Positions 1-10,975 of a DNA stretch of 64,000 nucleotides are shown piece by piece. The position numbers were made by a program, and so were the translations under genes. This DNA is from the human T2T-CHM13v2.0 reference genome, Homo sapiens: the NCBI RefSeq assembly GCF_009914755.1, contig NC_060926.1; one strand, written 5' to 3'. Numbering within the stretch: the stretch's first letter is position 1; each line of letters starts with the position of its first letter. A model generated the notes under the pieces. That model had not been told where the DNA came from. It was given only the letters and a program-made list of their open reading frames with translations, and made no database searches.

Positions 1-117
1 CTCTTCAGGAGGCTGAGGTCAAGGGTCACTTGAGCTCAGAAGTTCAAGGCTGCAGTGAGCTATGATTGCTTCACTGTACTCCAGCCTGAGTGACAGAGTG
101 AGATCTTGTCTCTAAAA
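1..117 (+). mobile_element. Old Alu right-arm/monomer fragment (AluJ/FRAM-like), cut by window edge
   Basis: ggaggctgagg...gctgcagtgagctatgatt...ctccagcctgagtgacagagtgagatcttgtctctaaaa matches an old Alu 3' arm. Confidence 0.85.
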
Positions 118-118
118 G

Positions 119-147
<29 letters not shown>
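118..147. repeat. (AT)n(AC)n microsatellite at Alu tail
   Basis: gatatatatatatatacacacacacacaca read directly. Confidence 0.9.
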
Positions 148-150
<3 letters not shown>

Positions 151-426
151 TTAGAGAGATGTGGCTTTGCAGCACGTTCCCACACAGAGAGGCAGGGAGG
201 TCAGCTGGCTGTCAGTGCAGTGCCCAGGTCCAACAGATAGGTATGGTTGCCAAAAACCAGACAAAGGAGGTCACTGTGCCCACCTGAAGTGGGACATTGG
301 AAAGTTGCCAAGTAGATGCTGTGGAAGGCAGCACAAGATCAAGGGTAGCTGAACACCTCAGCACATAAAGAATCTTTCCAGGAACCATGAGAAGAAGGAA
401 GAGCTTGAACAGAAGTGGTGAGGTCC

Positions 427-880
<454 letters not shown>

Positions 881-1659
881 CTAGGTCCAAAATATGGATG
901 TGCCAGAGAATAGGCTTTGGATAATTTATAGAACGTCTTCTCAGCTGGCGCTTTGCAGTGATGCGCTGGGCTGCCTCTTTGGGAGGGAAAGGGCTTATGG
1001 ATTAGACAGCCCTCTGAGGGCTCACAGAGAGGGGCTTCTATGGTGGGAAGTGCCCTTCACACTGAGAATCGTGATTCCAAATGAAGGGTGTCTAAGTAAT
1101 GATGATGACTCCATGTTGGATGGTTAAGCATCTGCCACTGTGGGTCACCTCGCCCATGTATCAGGGAGGATCAAAGAGGACCCTCGATCATGGCCACACA
1201 GCTAGCAAGAGGAAGGCAGGACTGGCCCAGGGATTCTGATTCCACATCAACAGAGTTTTTAACATCCCCAGAGTGTCCCTGATTCCCTCTTCATGACCCT
1301 GCACTAGCTGCCATATTCATACAGGGAAGCACACCAGCACCTGCATCTCCCCTACTAACAGCCCTCCTCACAACCGCACTGCTTCTCAGCTGCCCTGACT
1401 GGTCTCAATTAACATTCATTGAATAATGAGTAAATAACTAAACGGATGGACAATTGAACCTCTTCCCTTAGATGTCCAGCACTCTACACCTAATGCTGCC
1501 CCTGGGTGTCAGCAAATGAAACCTGGAGGCAGGATTGTGGTACTCCTCCAATGCCAGAGTTGGAGGAGAGAGATCATTGCTGGAATGGAGATCTGGGGCC
1601 CAGAGAACAGCTCCTACAGTCAGGAGTAAATGGCAAAAAGCCACTAATTCCAATCTAAA

Positions 1660-1870
1660 TAGCTAATGCTATTGAATACCTACTATGTGCAGCACTTTCC
1701 TAAGAATTTTTCATGCAAGAACTCTTTGCATCCTCAGAACAACTCTCTGTGGTAATTGTTCCTCTATTTCTAGTTTACGGGTGAGGAAACTGAGGTCAGT
1801 AGGTGTTAAGTAACTTGCTATGCATGCATTAAGTAGCTGGTTGAGCTGAGGCTCAGCCCTGGCAGTGGCT
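1660..1870 (-). mobile_element. MIR SINE
   Basis: tttacgggtgaggaaactgagg...ttaagtaacttg is the reverse complement of the MIR core. Confidence 0.75.
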
Positions 1871-2723
1871 TCATCATTGTGCCTTGTGAGCCCCTCCAAG
1901 GTCACATGGTCCAGCAAACTACAGCAAACTGGGGAGTAGCCAGGAGTAAAATCATGTGGGGAACTTGAGGGGTGACTTCAGGGGAGGAACAGCCCCATGT
2001 CTCAGTCTGTGATCCCACACACAGAAGGACATCATTTGTGCTCAAGGTAACTTGAGCAGGCAGGGCATGGGAGAGAAAAGAGGCTCAGGCCTGGGGCCCT
2101 GGGTCTGCTCATCTCCGCACAACTTGTATGTTTCTTGTCAATTGTGCCTGAACATACTGTAAAGCTTCTCCCTTAAAAAGCCAAAAGAGTAAAGTTTGAG
2201 GGATTTGTAGGACACTAACAAGAACCAAACCTGAGGCTTATTTATGCCAGTCTAACTATTAATAGTTCCTGGAATGGCTTTACACAAACAAGAATAAGGC
2301 TGTCTATCCCCACGCAGGAAAGTTCATGTGCAAATACCACAAGGCTGGACAGTCCGGCAGCATGTGCCCTGCACCTGAGGCCCCCAGCCCAAGGGAACCC
2401 TCAGGACAAACAGCAGAGAAGCTCTGGGTGCCAGGGCATCCTCCTCGACAGGCCCCCTACCCTGGCATGGGCACGTGAGGCCTGAGAGCCCACTGGAGGT
2501 GGAGACATTGAGGCTTCCACTAGTGGCCACTCATGGCAGAGGCCAGGGACCCCAACCTGACTAGCCACTGCTCGTAGCCCAGGGGCTGTGCACCTTGGAG
2601 GGGTCACCAGCCCCTCTGAAGACCTGCCGAGTGCCACCGCAGGGCTCAATTCAGGCCCTCCACCTCATCAGAGTGACGGCTCATCTTTCAAGGCTCCCAG
2701 ATCAGGAGTCTGTGTTCCACATG

Positions 2724-2930
2724 TGTGCTGTCCAACCTGGTAGCCACATGCAGTTGTGGGCATTTAAATTAAAATTAACTGAAATTAGATAAAACTTTCA
2801 ATCCAGTTCCTAGTCACAGTAGCCACATTTCAGTTGCTTAGGAGCCACATGTGACTTGTGGCCGCTGCTTTGACCAGCACAGATACAGAACTTTTCCATC
2901 CTTGCAGAAGGTTCTATCAGACAGTGCTGC
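2724..2930 (-). mobile_element. MER3-like hAT-Charlie MITE
   Basis: gtgctgtccaa...tagccacat...AT-rich core...agaaggttctatcagacagtgctg resembles MER3 with terminal inverted repeats. Confidence 0.75.
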
Positions 2931-3904
2931 ACTAGAGAGTTTGGGAAGCCACCTTGTGACTTCCCCGGGTCCTCGGAGAGTTTTCTGTTTCTGCCTCCTC
3001 TGCTGTCACTGCTGTCTCTTGGCCTTCAGACTGAGACAGGAGGCCCAGGCTGGGAGAGGCCCAGCAGCAGCTAGCTGCAAGCAGGACAAGGCCCACAGAG
3101 GGTGCCCTATCAATCAGACATTGCTGGGTGCATTTGCTGAGACTGGGAGCTCACACAGTGGCCATGAGAGCAGCGACACATTTCCAGCAGCGGAGCCTAC
3201 AGTTAGAGGACAGATCACGAGAGGTGTGGGGTCCACCCCAACTGGAGCAGGCCCTGAGCAGCTCCCAGAGTCCCCCACACACTGAGACTGCAGGTGTCGA
3301 AGTTGCAATGGTAGCAGCCACTGCAGACAATGGATGCTCCCCCCTAGGTTTCCTGGCATCACCTAAGCCCAAGTTTGTTTGATGACATCTGGAGCATTAT
3401 GACAAGAAAGGATCCCCAATAATGACAGAATTTGAATCTCCCAATAACCAGGCAGAGAGGGTGAGGTAGGGCAGGGCGATCTTGGAGCAGATTTAATATA
3501 ATTTAGAGATTTCTAGAGTAAAGGTACGTCACATTTTGATACCTTGGCATTATAGACTGGAATTCATACCCGTTAAACAAATAATTGAGCCAGTATGGAG
3601 AATTATTACATGGGGAATAAGGAGGCTGAAATTAAAACAGGGACAGGACAGAGAATCCTGTTCTGAAAATCCTGCTTGTCATTTCCAAAGCTCGAGTGAG
3701 CATTGAGGATGTCGGGCTCATCAACAGTACATGAAACCAAGCCTGCCTGCCTTCCTCAGAGGCAAGAGTTAGGTCCACATTTCCTGGCACGCAGCTCTGG
3801 GTAATTCACAATTCCGAAGCTGCCCCTAGAGAGACCAGCCTATGTTGGCCAGGGCAAGTCCTTCTGTGATTGCTCTCTGCCCTCTTGGGGCCTACATGTC
3901 CACT

Positions 3905-4145
3905 GGGCATGCTGGGCACAGTGCATGGGGCCCATGATACTGTTAGGGGCCTGCACAAGTGTTTTAATTTTGATTTATTTTAAAATCAGAGGAAAACCAC
4001 AAATAAACGAAAATGAATGTATAATAATGAATCAGCCTGAATGACATTTATCTTTCTGCCAGAGCAGTCACACTCTGCTTTTTCATAAGAAAGTGGTCTG
4101 CAAAGACCAAAGCACCTGGGGTCCCTGGGCATCACCATGAGGCCA
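3905..4145. mobile_element. Probable hAT-type DNA transposon remnant (family unassigned)
   Basis: ggggcccatgatactgttaggggcc...tgttttaattt...aaaatcagagg...ataataatgaatcagcctg resembles hAT-Tip100-type MITEs; recalled, not aligned. Confidence 0.4.
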
Positions 4146-4299
4146 TGACCCTTGCCCCCTATACCAGAGACCTGAAAGGCAGCTCCACACAGAAGTGACC
4201 CTGACACCCTGAAAAATACTCCTACAGGTTGAATTTCAGCTGGAATATTTTTCCCACCTCCCTCTGCATCCGGCTCCAAAAATAGTCAAATCTCCAGTC

Positions 4300-4695
4300 A
4301 GGCAAAATAGCTGGTCACCCAAAGACCTGTGACCATCTGCCTGCTCTGCCATCCTTAGCACTGGTTTCTTTCCTCCACATTGTCTTATGGCTTCATGAAG
4401 GCTGTTGGAGCTCCAGCCATCACGTCTGCATTCCAGACAGGGGGAAGGAGAGAATTCAGGTGCAAAATGCTAAGCCTATTACATGTCAGTCTCCTTTAGA
4501 GAGCTTTTCTAGAATCCCTAGCTAACCCTTTCAGCCTATATCTTTCATTGGCCACCGTATCTGTAAAGGAGACTAGGAAATATCGTTTTTTAACTGGGCA
4601 CACTGTTGTCCCTAACAACATGGACTTGTGGTTGACAACAGAGGAAGCAGAAGAGAATGCATACTGGAAGTCTCTACAACAGAGTGCTGAAGACA
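4300..4695 (-). mobile_element. Old MaLR LTR (MLT1J/K/L-like)
   Basis: ctctgccatccttagc...ggagctccagccatcacgtctgcattccag motif typical of old MLT1 LTRs in antisense. Confidence 0.6.
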
Positions 4696-5014
4696 ACCAG
4701 CTTGATATTGTATAGTACTCTCTCCTGTGAGTGGGCCTGGGGACAAATCATTTAACTTCTCTGTAACCAGGGTCTACTTGATGAAGTAACCACATTGCCC
4801 ACACCAGAAGCATCAGGAAGGGTACCAAGGAGATGGTAGCTTCAAGGACTTTGGACCACTTGGAGGAGGGTATTCAAAGGGACAGAAGTCACTTGCTTGA
4901 TTCTTGTATTAAAATCAAGTGGGATTTCTTTTCATTCATGCATTTCACCAGTACTTATCACGTATCCAATAAAGCAACAAGGACAATCCAAACACTGTTC
5001 TGTTGCCTGAGGGC

Positions 5015-5200
5015 TGACTTGGGGCCAGGCACTGTTCCGGATCCTTTGCACATGTGGCCTCACTTAGTCCTCAGAACCATATGTGGCAGAGTCTACCATT
5101 ATCATCCCCATCATTCAGATGTGGAATTGGGACAAAGAGGGGTTAAGGATGATGCCCGGGGTCACACTGTTAATACACAAAGGAGCCTAGCTTTGAACAA
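5015..5200 (-). mobile_element. MIR SINE
   Basis: ccaggcactgtt...cattatcatcccca...cagatg...ggttaagg...ggtcacac. Confidence 0.65.
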
Positions 5201-5799
5201 ACAGCCTAGCTCTTAGACCCCAAGGAGGTGGTAGCGAATTGGCAGACAAGGTCTCACCTTTTTTTGTCTTTCTAGTGAAACACATATAAGCCCAATTATG
5301 TAAGGCCATCATAAATTTCCCCCAGGAGACTGGCACAGGGAGATGGGGGCTACTCTCACCTTCTGCAGCACACACCAAGAATCTCTGCTGTGCTTGGGTT
5401 CATGACTCACCCCTTCCCTCAAAGCCAGCTCTTCCTGAGTCAGGACCATGTCCTTTGAGTCCTGAGGTGCAGCAAGGAAACTGTCCAGACTTGGCTTCAA
5501 AAGCCAGGCTACTTTCCAGCAAAGAGCCAAATGGCTGGTTGCTTAGAATTTTTAGAACAGGTTCATCTCCAAGGACATGGAGTCTATTCACATAAATCAA
5601 CCTGATCAAAGGCCAGAGAAGCTAAAACTGTCACATACCCATTATCTACTGGCATAATCAAGGCCAAAGGGATTCATAAGGAGGCGGTGGGTTTTGGAGG
5701 GAGAGTGCTTGCTGCTATTTCACCTTGGACCTGAGTCCCCTCTTGTGTGCCCCTTGCTCTGCATCATCTCAGGGCCTTGCCTCACTCCTCCATCTTCCT

Positions 5800-6080
5800 C
5801 CTCCAGCTCCTTTACAGATAGGGTGGCCAGTGAAAGACTAGGCTGAAAGGGTTAGCTGGGAATTCAAGGAAAGGCCTGCAGAGGAGTCTGACATCTAGGA
5901 GGCTTTGCCTTTTGCCCCCCACTTCCTTCCTCTCTTCTGTCTGGAATGCAGAAGTGATGGCAGGAGCTCCAGCAGCCTTCTTGAAGCATAAGATAACTTG
6001 GAGGAAGGAAGCCAGTGCTAAGGATGGCGGAGTAGGCAGATGGATGAACTGGCTGCCTGTTGACCCTTGTCCCAGAAAAC
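5800..6080 (+). mobile_element. Old MaLR LTR segment (MLT1J/K/L-like), inverted relative to 4333-4572
   Basis: ctggaatgcagaagtgatggcaggagctccagcagcc...gctaaggatggcggag; aligns by eye to reverse complement of 4333-4572. Confidence 0.6.
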
Positions 6081-7550
6081 CTGCTTCCTGTTTGAGGACG
6101 GAACAGAAAGAGCAATAGAATCCTTTTTCTGTGCAAGAGAAATTAAGCCTGACTCTTTTCGGAGCCCTTGCTATTTTATACATTTTCCCTTGTATCTAGC
6201 TGAATTGATAGAAACTTATCAATGTATTAATCAACACTCCGTAAGTGATTTGTCCAGTGAGAACAGCTAAAATAATACATTTTCTGTCATCATTAAAAAT
6301 CCTGTGATTTTTAGTCCAATAAATGTTTTAAAGGGCAGGATGAAGAGAAGAGCTACAAGACCCTGTAACAGAAGCCCTCACTCGCAGGGTTATCACTCCT
6401 AAAACAAAAGATAAGCAGGAAAACCACAGTGGATAAGATCTGCTGTCAACCTTAGCTTTTCTGATTACACAAAGTGCAATAACATCTATTTTTTTTAATC
6501 CGAAGGAATCCTCTGACACCACCAAGCATCCTGCCCACTCCTCCTTCCTGAGCGCTCAACTTCCTTCTGATCTATTGTCGGCTTTTCCTTGCCTGAGCTC
6601 TGTGATCTAACCAGAACCCAACGGAACCTATAGAGAGTCCAATCCTTGCCCGACAGCCCTGAGCCAGGCCCATAGCTGCCTAGCCTACAGCACTGGGGGC
6701 AGAGGGAGGTCCTCTGGATTATGGCACAGGGGGAAGTTGCAGGAAAAACTCCCCACAAATTAGCACCATCTACAATTGACCAACAAAGTGCAGATACTTC
6801 TCAGCATTCAAAGCCTAAACAATCAGGATGGAGACGTATAAAGCATTCAATGCTTCACGTTGGCAGGACGATACCAGGTATTTCACTGACAGGTGAAATA
6901 GCAGAGTGATGGGACAGAGTGATCAAGGCAGAGTGATCTAAAGGACACAGTAGTACTTCTTTAGGACCCTGGCAGAATGGAAGAGAGCATCTGGCTTCTA
7001 AGGCACTGCACAAACTTGAATGATCTTCTTCAGAATTGACAAGGAAAGGCCATGTTATGTTCACCCTGGGTTAAGTTTTAAGTGTATCTTATTTAATTTT
7101 TTTCAATATGAGTCATCTCCAGATACTGTGATGATTTCCAAATAACCAGAATCTAGATGACTAGAAATTTACTCTAGCTGGCTTTAGACAGGAAGCGTGA
7201 GGACAGAATCCAGCTGCTTCCACTCCAGGGTAGGTCTGAAGCCAACCGTCCTCGGTTTCCTGGCCTGTGGCATCAGTCTGGTTGGATTACACACAAAGCC
7301 CTGCAGATCTGCTGCTTTTCCTGATTCTCCTGTCCTGAGTGAGTGCAAGGGGCTCCCCTGTCGTCGATGTGTTCTTTGAAGCAGATGCTGTGCCTGATAC
7401 CTGCTGGAGAGTCCCACCGCCTTGAGTGAGTCAACAAACCTATCATCCTTCCCATCTTCCAGGATGGATATTGGGGTGGGGGGAGGTTAAAGGGAATACC
7501 ATAAAGTTGCTACCATACGGTTAGGGCTGAATACAATGGGAGTACTTATT

Positions 7551-7597
7551 GTGATGATGTCAATGATGATGACAGTGATGATGATGATGATGATGAT
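7551..7597. repeat. Imperfect (GAT)n microsatellite
   Basis: gtgatgatgtcaatgatgatgacagtgatgatgatgatgatgatgat. Confidence 0.85.
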
Positions 7598-7839
7598 ATC
7601 TAGAACTCCAGGTTTTCCTGGAGAGAACCAAGGAGGATTCCCCACTTACCTAATAAATAAATGTCCTGTAAATGCAGAACATGCCATGTAATTGATGACA
7701 CAAGCGGGATCTCACTTCTGGGGGATGAGAATCAATTCTTTATGGATTCCCACAGGGCAGAGGGACCCGGGTGGAGATACTAAGCTGTCTGTTGTATTTC
7801 CGAACGAATGAGTACGTACGTAACAGTTATCGTGTCTCC

Positions 7840-7985
7840 TTGTAACTCGTGTGCTAATCATAAAATCTTCACAAGGATTCATGACATTCGTGCTATGACT
7901 ATTCTCATTTTACAGTGAGGAAGGCGGGACACCTAGGAATTAAGTAACTTGCCAACATAGGGACGAGCTCACCACACAACAACCA
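7840..7985 (-). mobile_element. MIR SINE fragment
   Basis: ctcattttacagtgaggaagg...ttaagtaacttgccaa. Confidence 0.6.
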
Positions 7986-10647
7986 AGGGTGGGGATACCA
8001 GTCAGGTACTGCGGAAAACACTGGACATGAGGTAGACCAGGTGCACCAGGTCCAGGTGCTGATGAGAGGTGGAGAGTGGGAGACAGGGTCAGTGAGCCAC
8101 AGGCCAGTCCCTAGGCTGAGGGCAATATGACAACAGGACATTGGCCAACTTCCAGCTGTCATCACTGTCTGTGTTTCATTTTCACAGTTCGATTAATAAA
8201 TGCTCTATATTCAGGGATGCCTGCGGCCTTATTTCTTGATGACAGAAGTGATAATATCAGTCCCCCCACAGGCTTGTTCCTCATGGGTAGGAGGTGACTC
8301 AACTCCTAATGTCCAGACAACTGCCCAAATTCTGCATGAAAAAAAACATGATCAATGTCTGGGATAAAAATCAGCCACCTTAAAACCCTTTAAAGGATTG
8401 AAGGCCATGGGACCCAGTCATAAGCACATGTCTGGGGCCCGGCACCTTCTCTGAAACAAGGATGATCGAATGTTGGTGTCCATACCGCATGGAAGAGCTG
8501 TCTAACGCAGTTTGCCTTTGATTGGCTCCCGTCTCCATGAAGGTGGCACGTCTCCGACTGCTTACAAGGAGACAGGGTCTCACCCTGAGAGGACTCACCC
8601 AGAGAAACAAGCGGAGCTGCTCTACTGGCTTAGAAATGCCTGGCACCTGACTTGTGGAGGCTTCTAGTTGGCGTGAAATTGTTAGCCTTGGAAACAACTG
8701 CTGCTCACATTGGAACTGCAGGATCTTTCTTGAAAAAGCCATGGAACTAACTCAAGGGCCACAAGCCCAAATGCCTTCAGAGGGCAGATTAATAAGAGAG
8801 TCTAGCAGAGTTAGTGCTGATGGAGTTCCTTCTCCATCCAGGCCCTGTTCCGGCGGCCGGGCAGATGCTAACCCATGGGGACCACACAGCAGCCCCACGA
8901 GGCTGGCAGGCCCTCAGCCTGGCTTCTGAGCCTCGCTGTAATCGCACTCTCCAAGCTTTGTGGCATTAGGGTGTGACAGGGCCTGAGATCCGGAGAGTGT
9001 GGACCCCACCCACAGTTATCTCAACACAAAAAAACAATCCTGAGCAGGCCAAACAGAACCTGGTGGGGGATGCCTTCACCAGGGCTGCATCTGGTCCCAG
9101 AGCTGCTGGTTTGCAGCCCAACTATTTCGTTTTATTTTTTTAATTTTCTCAATATTTATCTTCTTTTATCTATAAACGAGTAAGGTTCTGGGGAGGTTTT
9201 CTTCCTTGGAATCTTGTTCTCTCATTTTAAGCTGACTTAATCTTCCCACGCTACACGTCACATGCAGAGCGCCAACTTTGAAGTTCACTCGGTGACCGAC
9301 TCTCCCGCCCAATCCCTCGGCGAGGGTGACGTGCAAGCGGAACATCTCAAGGCTCCAGATGCAGGCTCAGCCCTCAGCTGCCCTGGCCTTAATAAACACT
9401 AGATTTTTCATTTCAGAAACTATGTTCAACCTGTTGCCTCAAGACAACCTAAAAATCGTCAACATTAGCCAAAGGTTGGAAGCCAAATGTGTTAGCTCCT
9501 GCCTCAGAGACAGATCCCTTAGCAGAGGGGGTCTCTCAGCAGAAGCCCAGAGGAGCTGGGACCCAAGCTGGGAGCTGGTCACTTACATAAGGGGGGCATC
9601 CTAAGTCGATTTTAACCCGAGATCCACCAGCCAAGCCTTCCTACGGGGGGCCGGCCAGCCACCGTGCTGTGCTGAGGAGCAGATTGAACATTCTCTTAGC
9701 TGCTCCAATTTTAGAATTGGGTGCTGACTCATTATTAACTCAGGAAGCCCACACACTCAAATGACTGTACTGAAAAAGCTCCCTGTCATACCCTGCCTAC
9801 TGATGTGTTGCTTTTTAAGCAAATTTGAAAAATGTTTATCATAAGGTATTTATGACATTTTAACCGTTTCATTTACAGTAACTAGAACAACATTAAAAAA
9901 AAAATGTTTCCTGTATTTTACTTGACAGTAAAGCTAAGCTTCATCGGAATACTAACAGCCTGAGAAATACCTATCAAGATCAAGTCAGGCCTCAAAGACT
10001 GAGTGGCCCCCTCCTCAGTCCTCCCCAGTCCCCCACCCCCAGCGCTGGCCCCCAGCATTTTTACGTTCTTCCTGATTTTACTACAGTTTGTGACTTTCAA
10101 CGTTAAGGAAAAGGAAAGGACGTAAAATACGCTCCTGCAATCATTCATATGCTTTTAGAGAAGGCAGCCAAAGTTCTGCCTCTCTGGTATTTCTCACACT
10201 GAAATTGGGCAGCTCTGACCACGAGGCCAGAAATGGCTCAGGAGCTGCCTCTCCTCCACCTCTGAGAAGCGGAAGCTCACCCAACCTCAGCAACCCTGGG
10301 TTAGCACAAGTATACCCACTTCCATCTCTGAGCTTCACTTTGGCTTCTCAGAGGAGTCCCGAGCAGCTTATTTTCCAGCCAAGCACTGCAGTCTCTTCCA
10401 AGACAACAGAAGGTGCAACCGGCATCTACATTCTTACAACGAAGGACTGAGAAACACCTCCTGACAGTCACACTACAGGACAGTAACCATGGGGCTGGTG
10501 ACAGAGGCAGCCACTTTTCTAAAACGACAGATCTTCAAAGTCTGAAAGAAACGCAGTGTCCTCACCAGGACGCAGCAGCCTTTCCCACAGCCCAGACTCC
10601 AAGGCAAACTGCAGAAGCAACCCTAAAAATGACAGAAACATACTCAC

Positions 10648-10809
10648 CAGGGAGAGGCTGGTGGCTCCACCTTCCCAGGAACTGTGCTGTGAAGATCTGA
10701 AGACAGGCACGGGCTCAGGCACCGCTTGTCTGGAATGTCAATTTGAAACTTAAAAAGCAGCGACCATCCAGTCATTTATTTCCCTCCATTCCCAATGATG
10801 TACACACGA
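10648..10809 (-). ncRNA. MIR4435-2HG: First/major exon of lncRNA MIR4435-2HG (MORRBID) or its paralog CYTOR/LINC00152
   Basis: Minus strand reads GACTGGATGGTCGCTGCTTTTTAAGTTTCAAATTGACATTCCAGACAAGCGG...TTCACAGCACAGTTCCTGGGAAGGTGGAGCCACCAGCCTCTCCCTG, recognised from memory as the CYTOR/MIR4435-2HG 5' exon; canonical donor CTG|GTGAGT at 10648/10647; paralog choice rests only on strand. Confidence 0.8.
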
Positions 10810-10819
10810 CTAAGAAGGA

Positions 10820-10975
10820 AAAAAAAAAAAGGCGCACACCTCAGCCTTCATTCTCATTGGAACGAGATGACTCATGCTGACTCATAGCCACCACTTCCTC
10901 TCCCGACATTCTCTTCATACTTGTGAGCTGGACTGGTCCGGTTCCCAGGGTCCCTGCAGCCTTTCCTGGAAGAGC
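10820..10975 (-). promoter_or_regulatory. Proximal promoter of the lncRNA: tandem AP-1 sites, ARE/MARE, STAT GAS site
   Basis: TGACTCA at 10868-10874 and 10878-10884; TGCTGACTCAT at 10875-10885; TTCCTGGAA at 10963-10971; no TATA box or CpG island seen. Confidence 0.65.

Noticed and set aside
2851-3285. 144-aa ORF
   Set aside because: Starts at a non-ATG codon inside MER3; no recognisable domain or coding-like composition.
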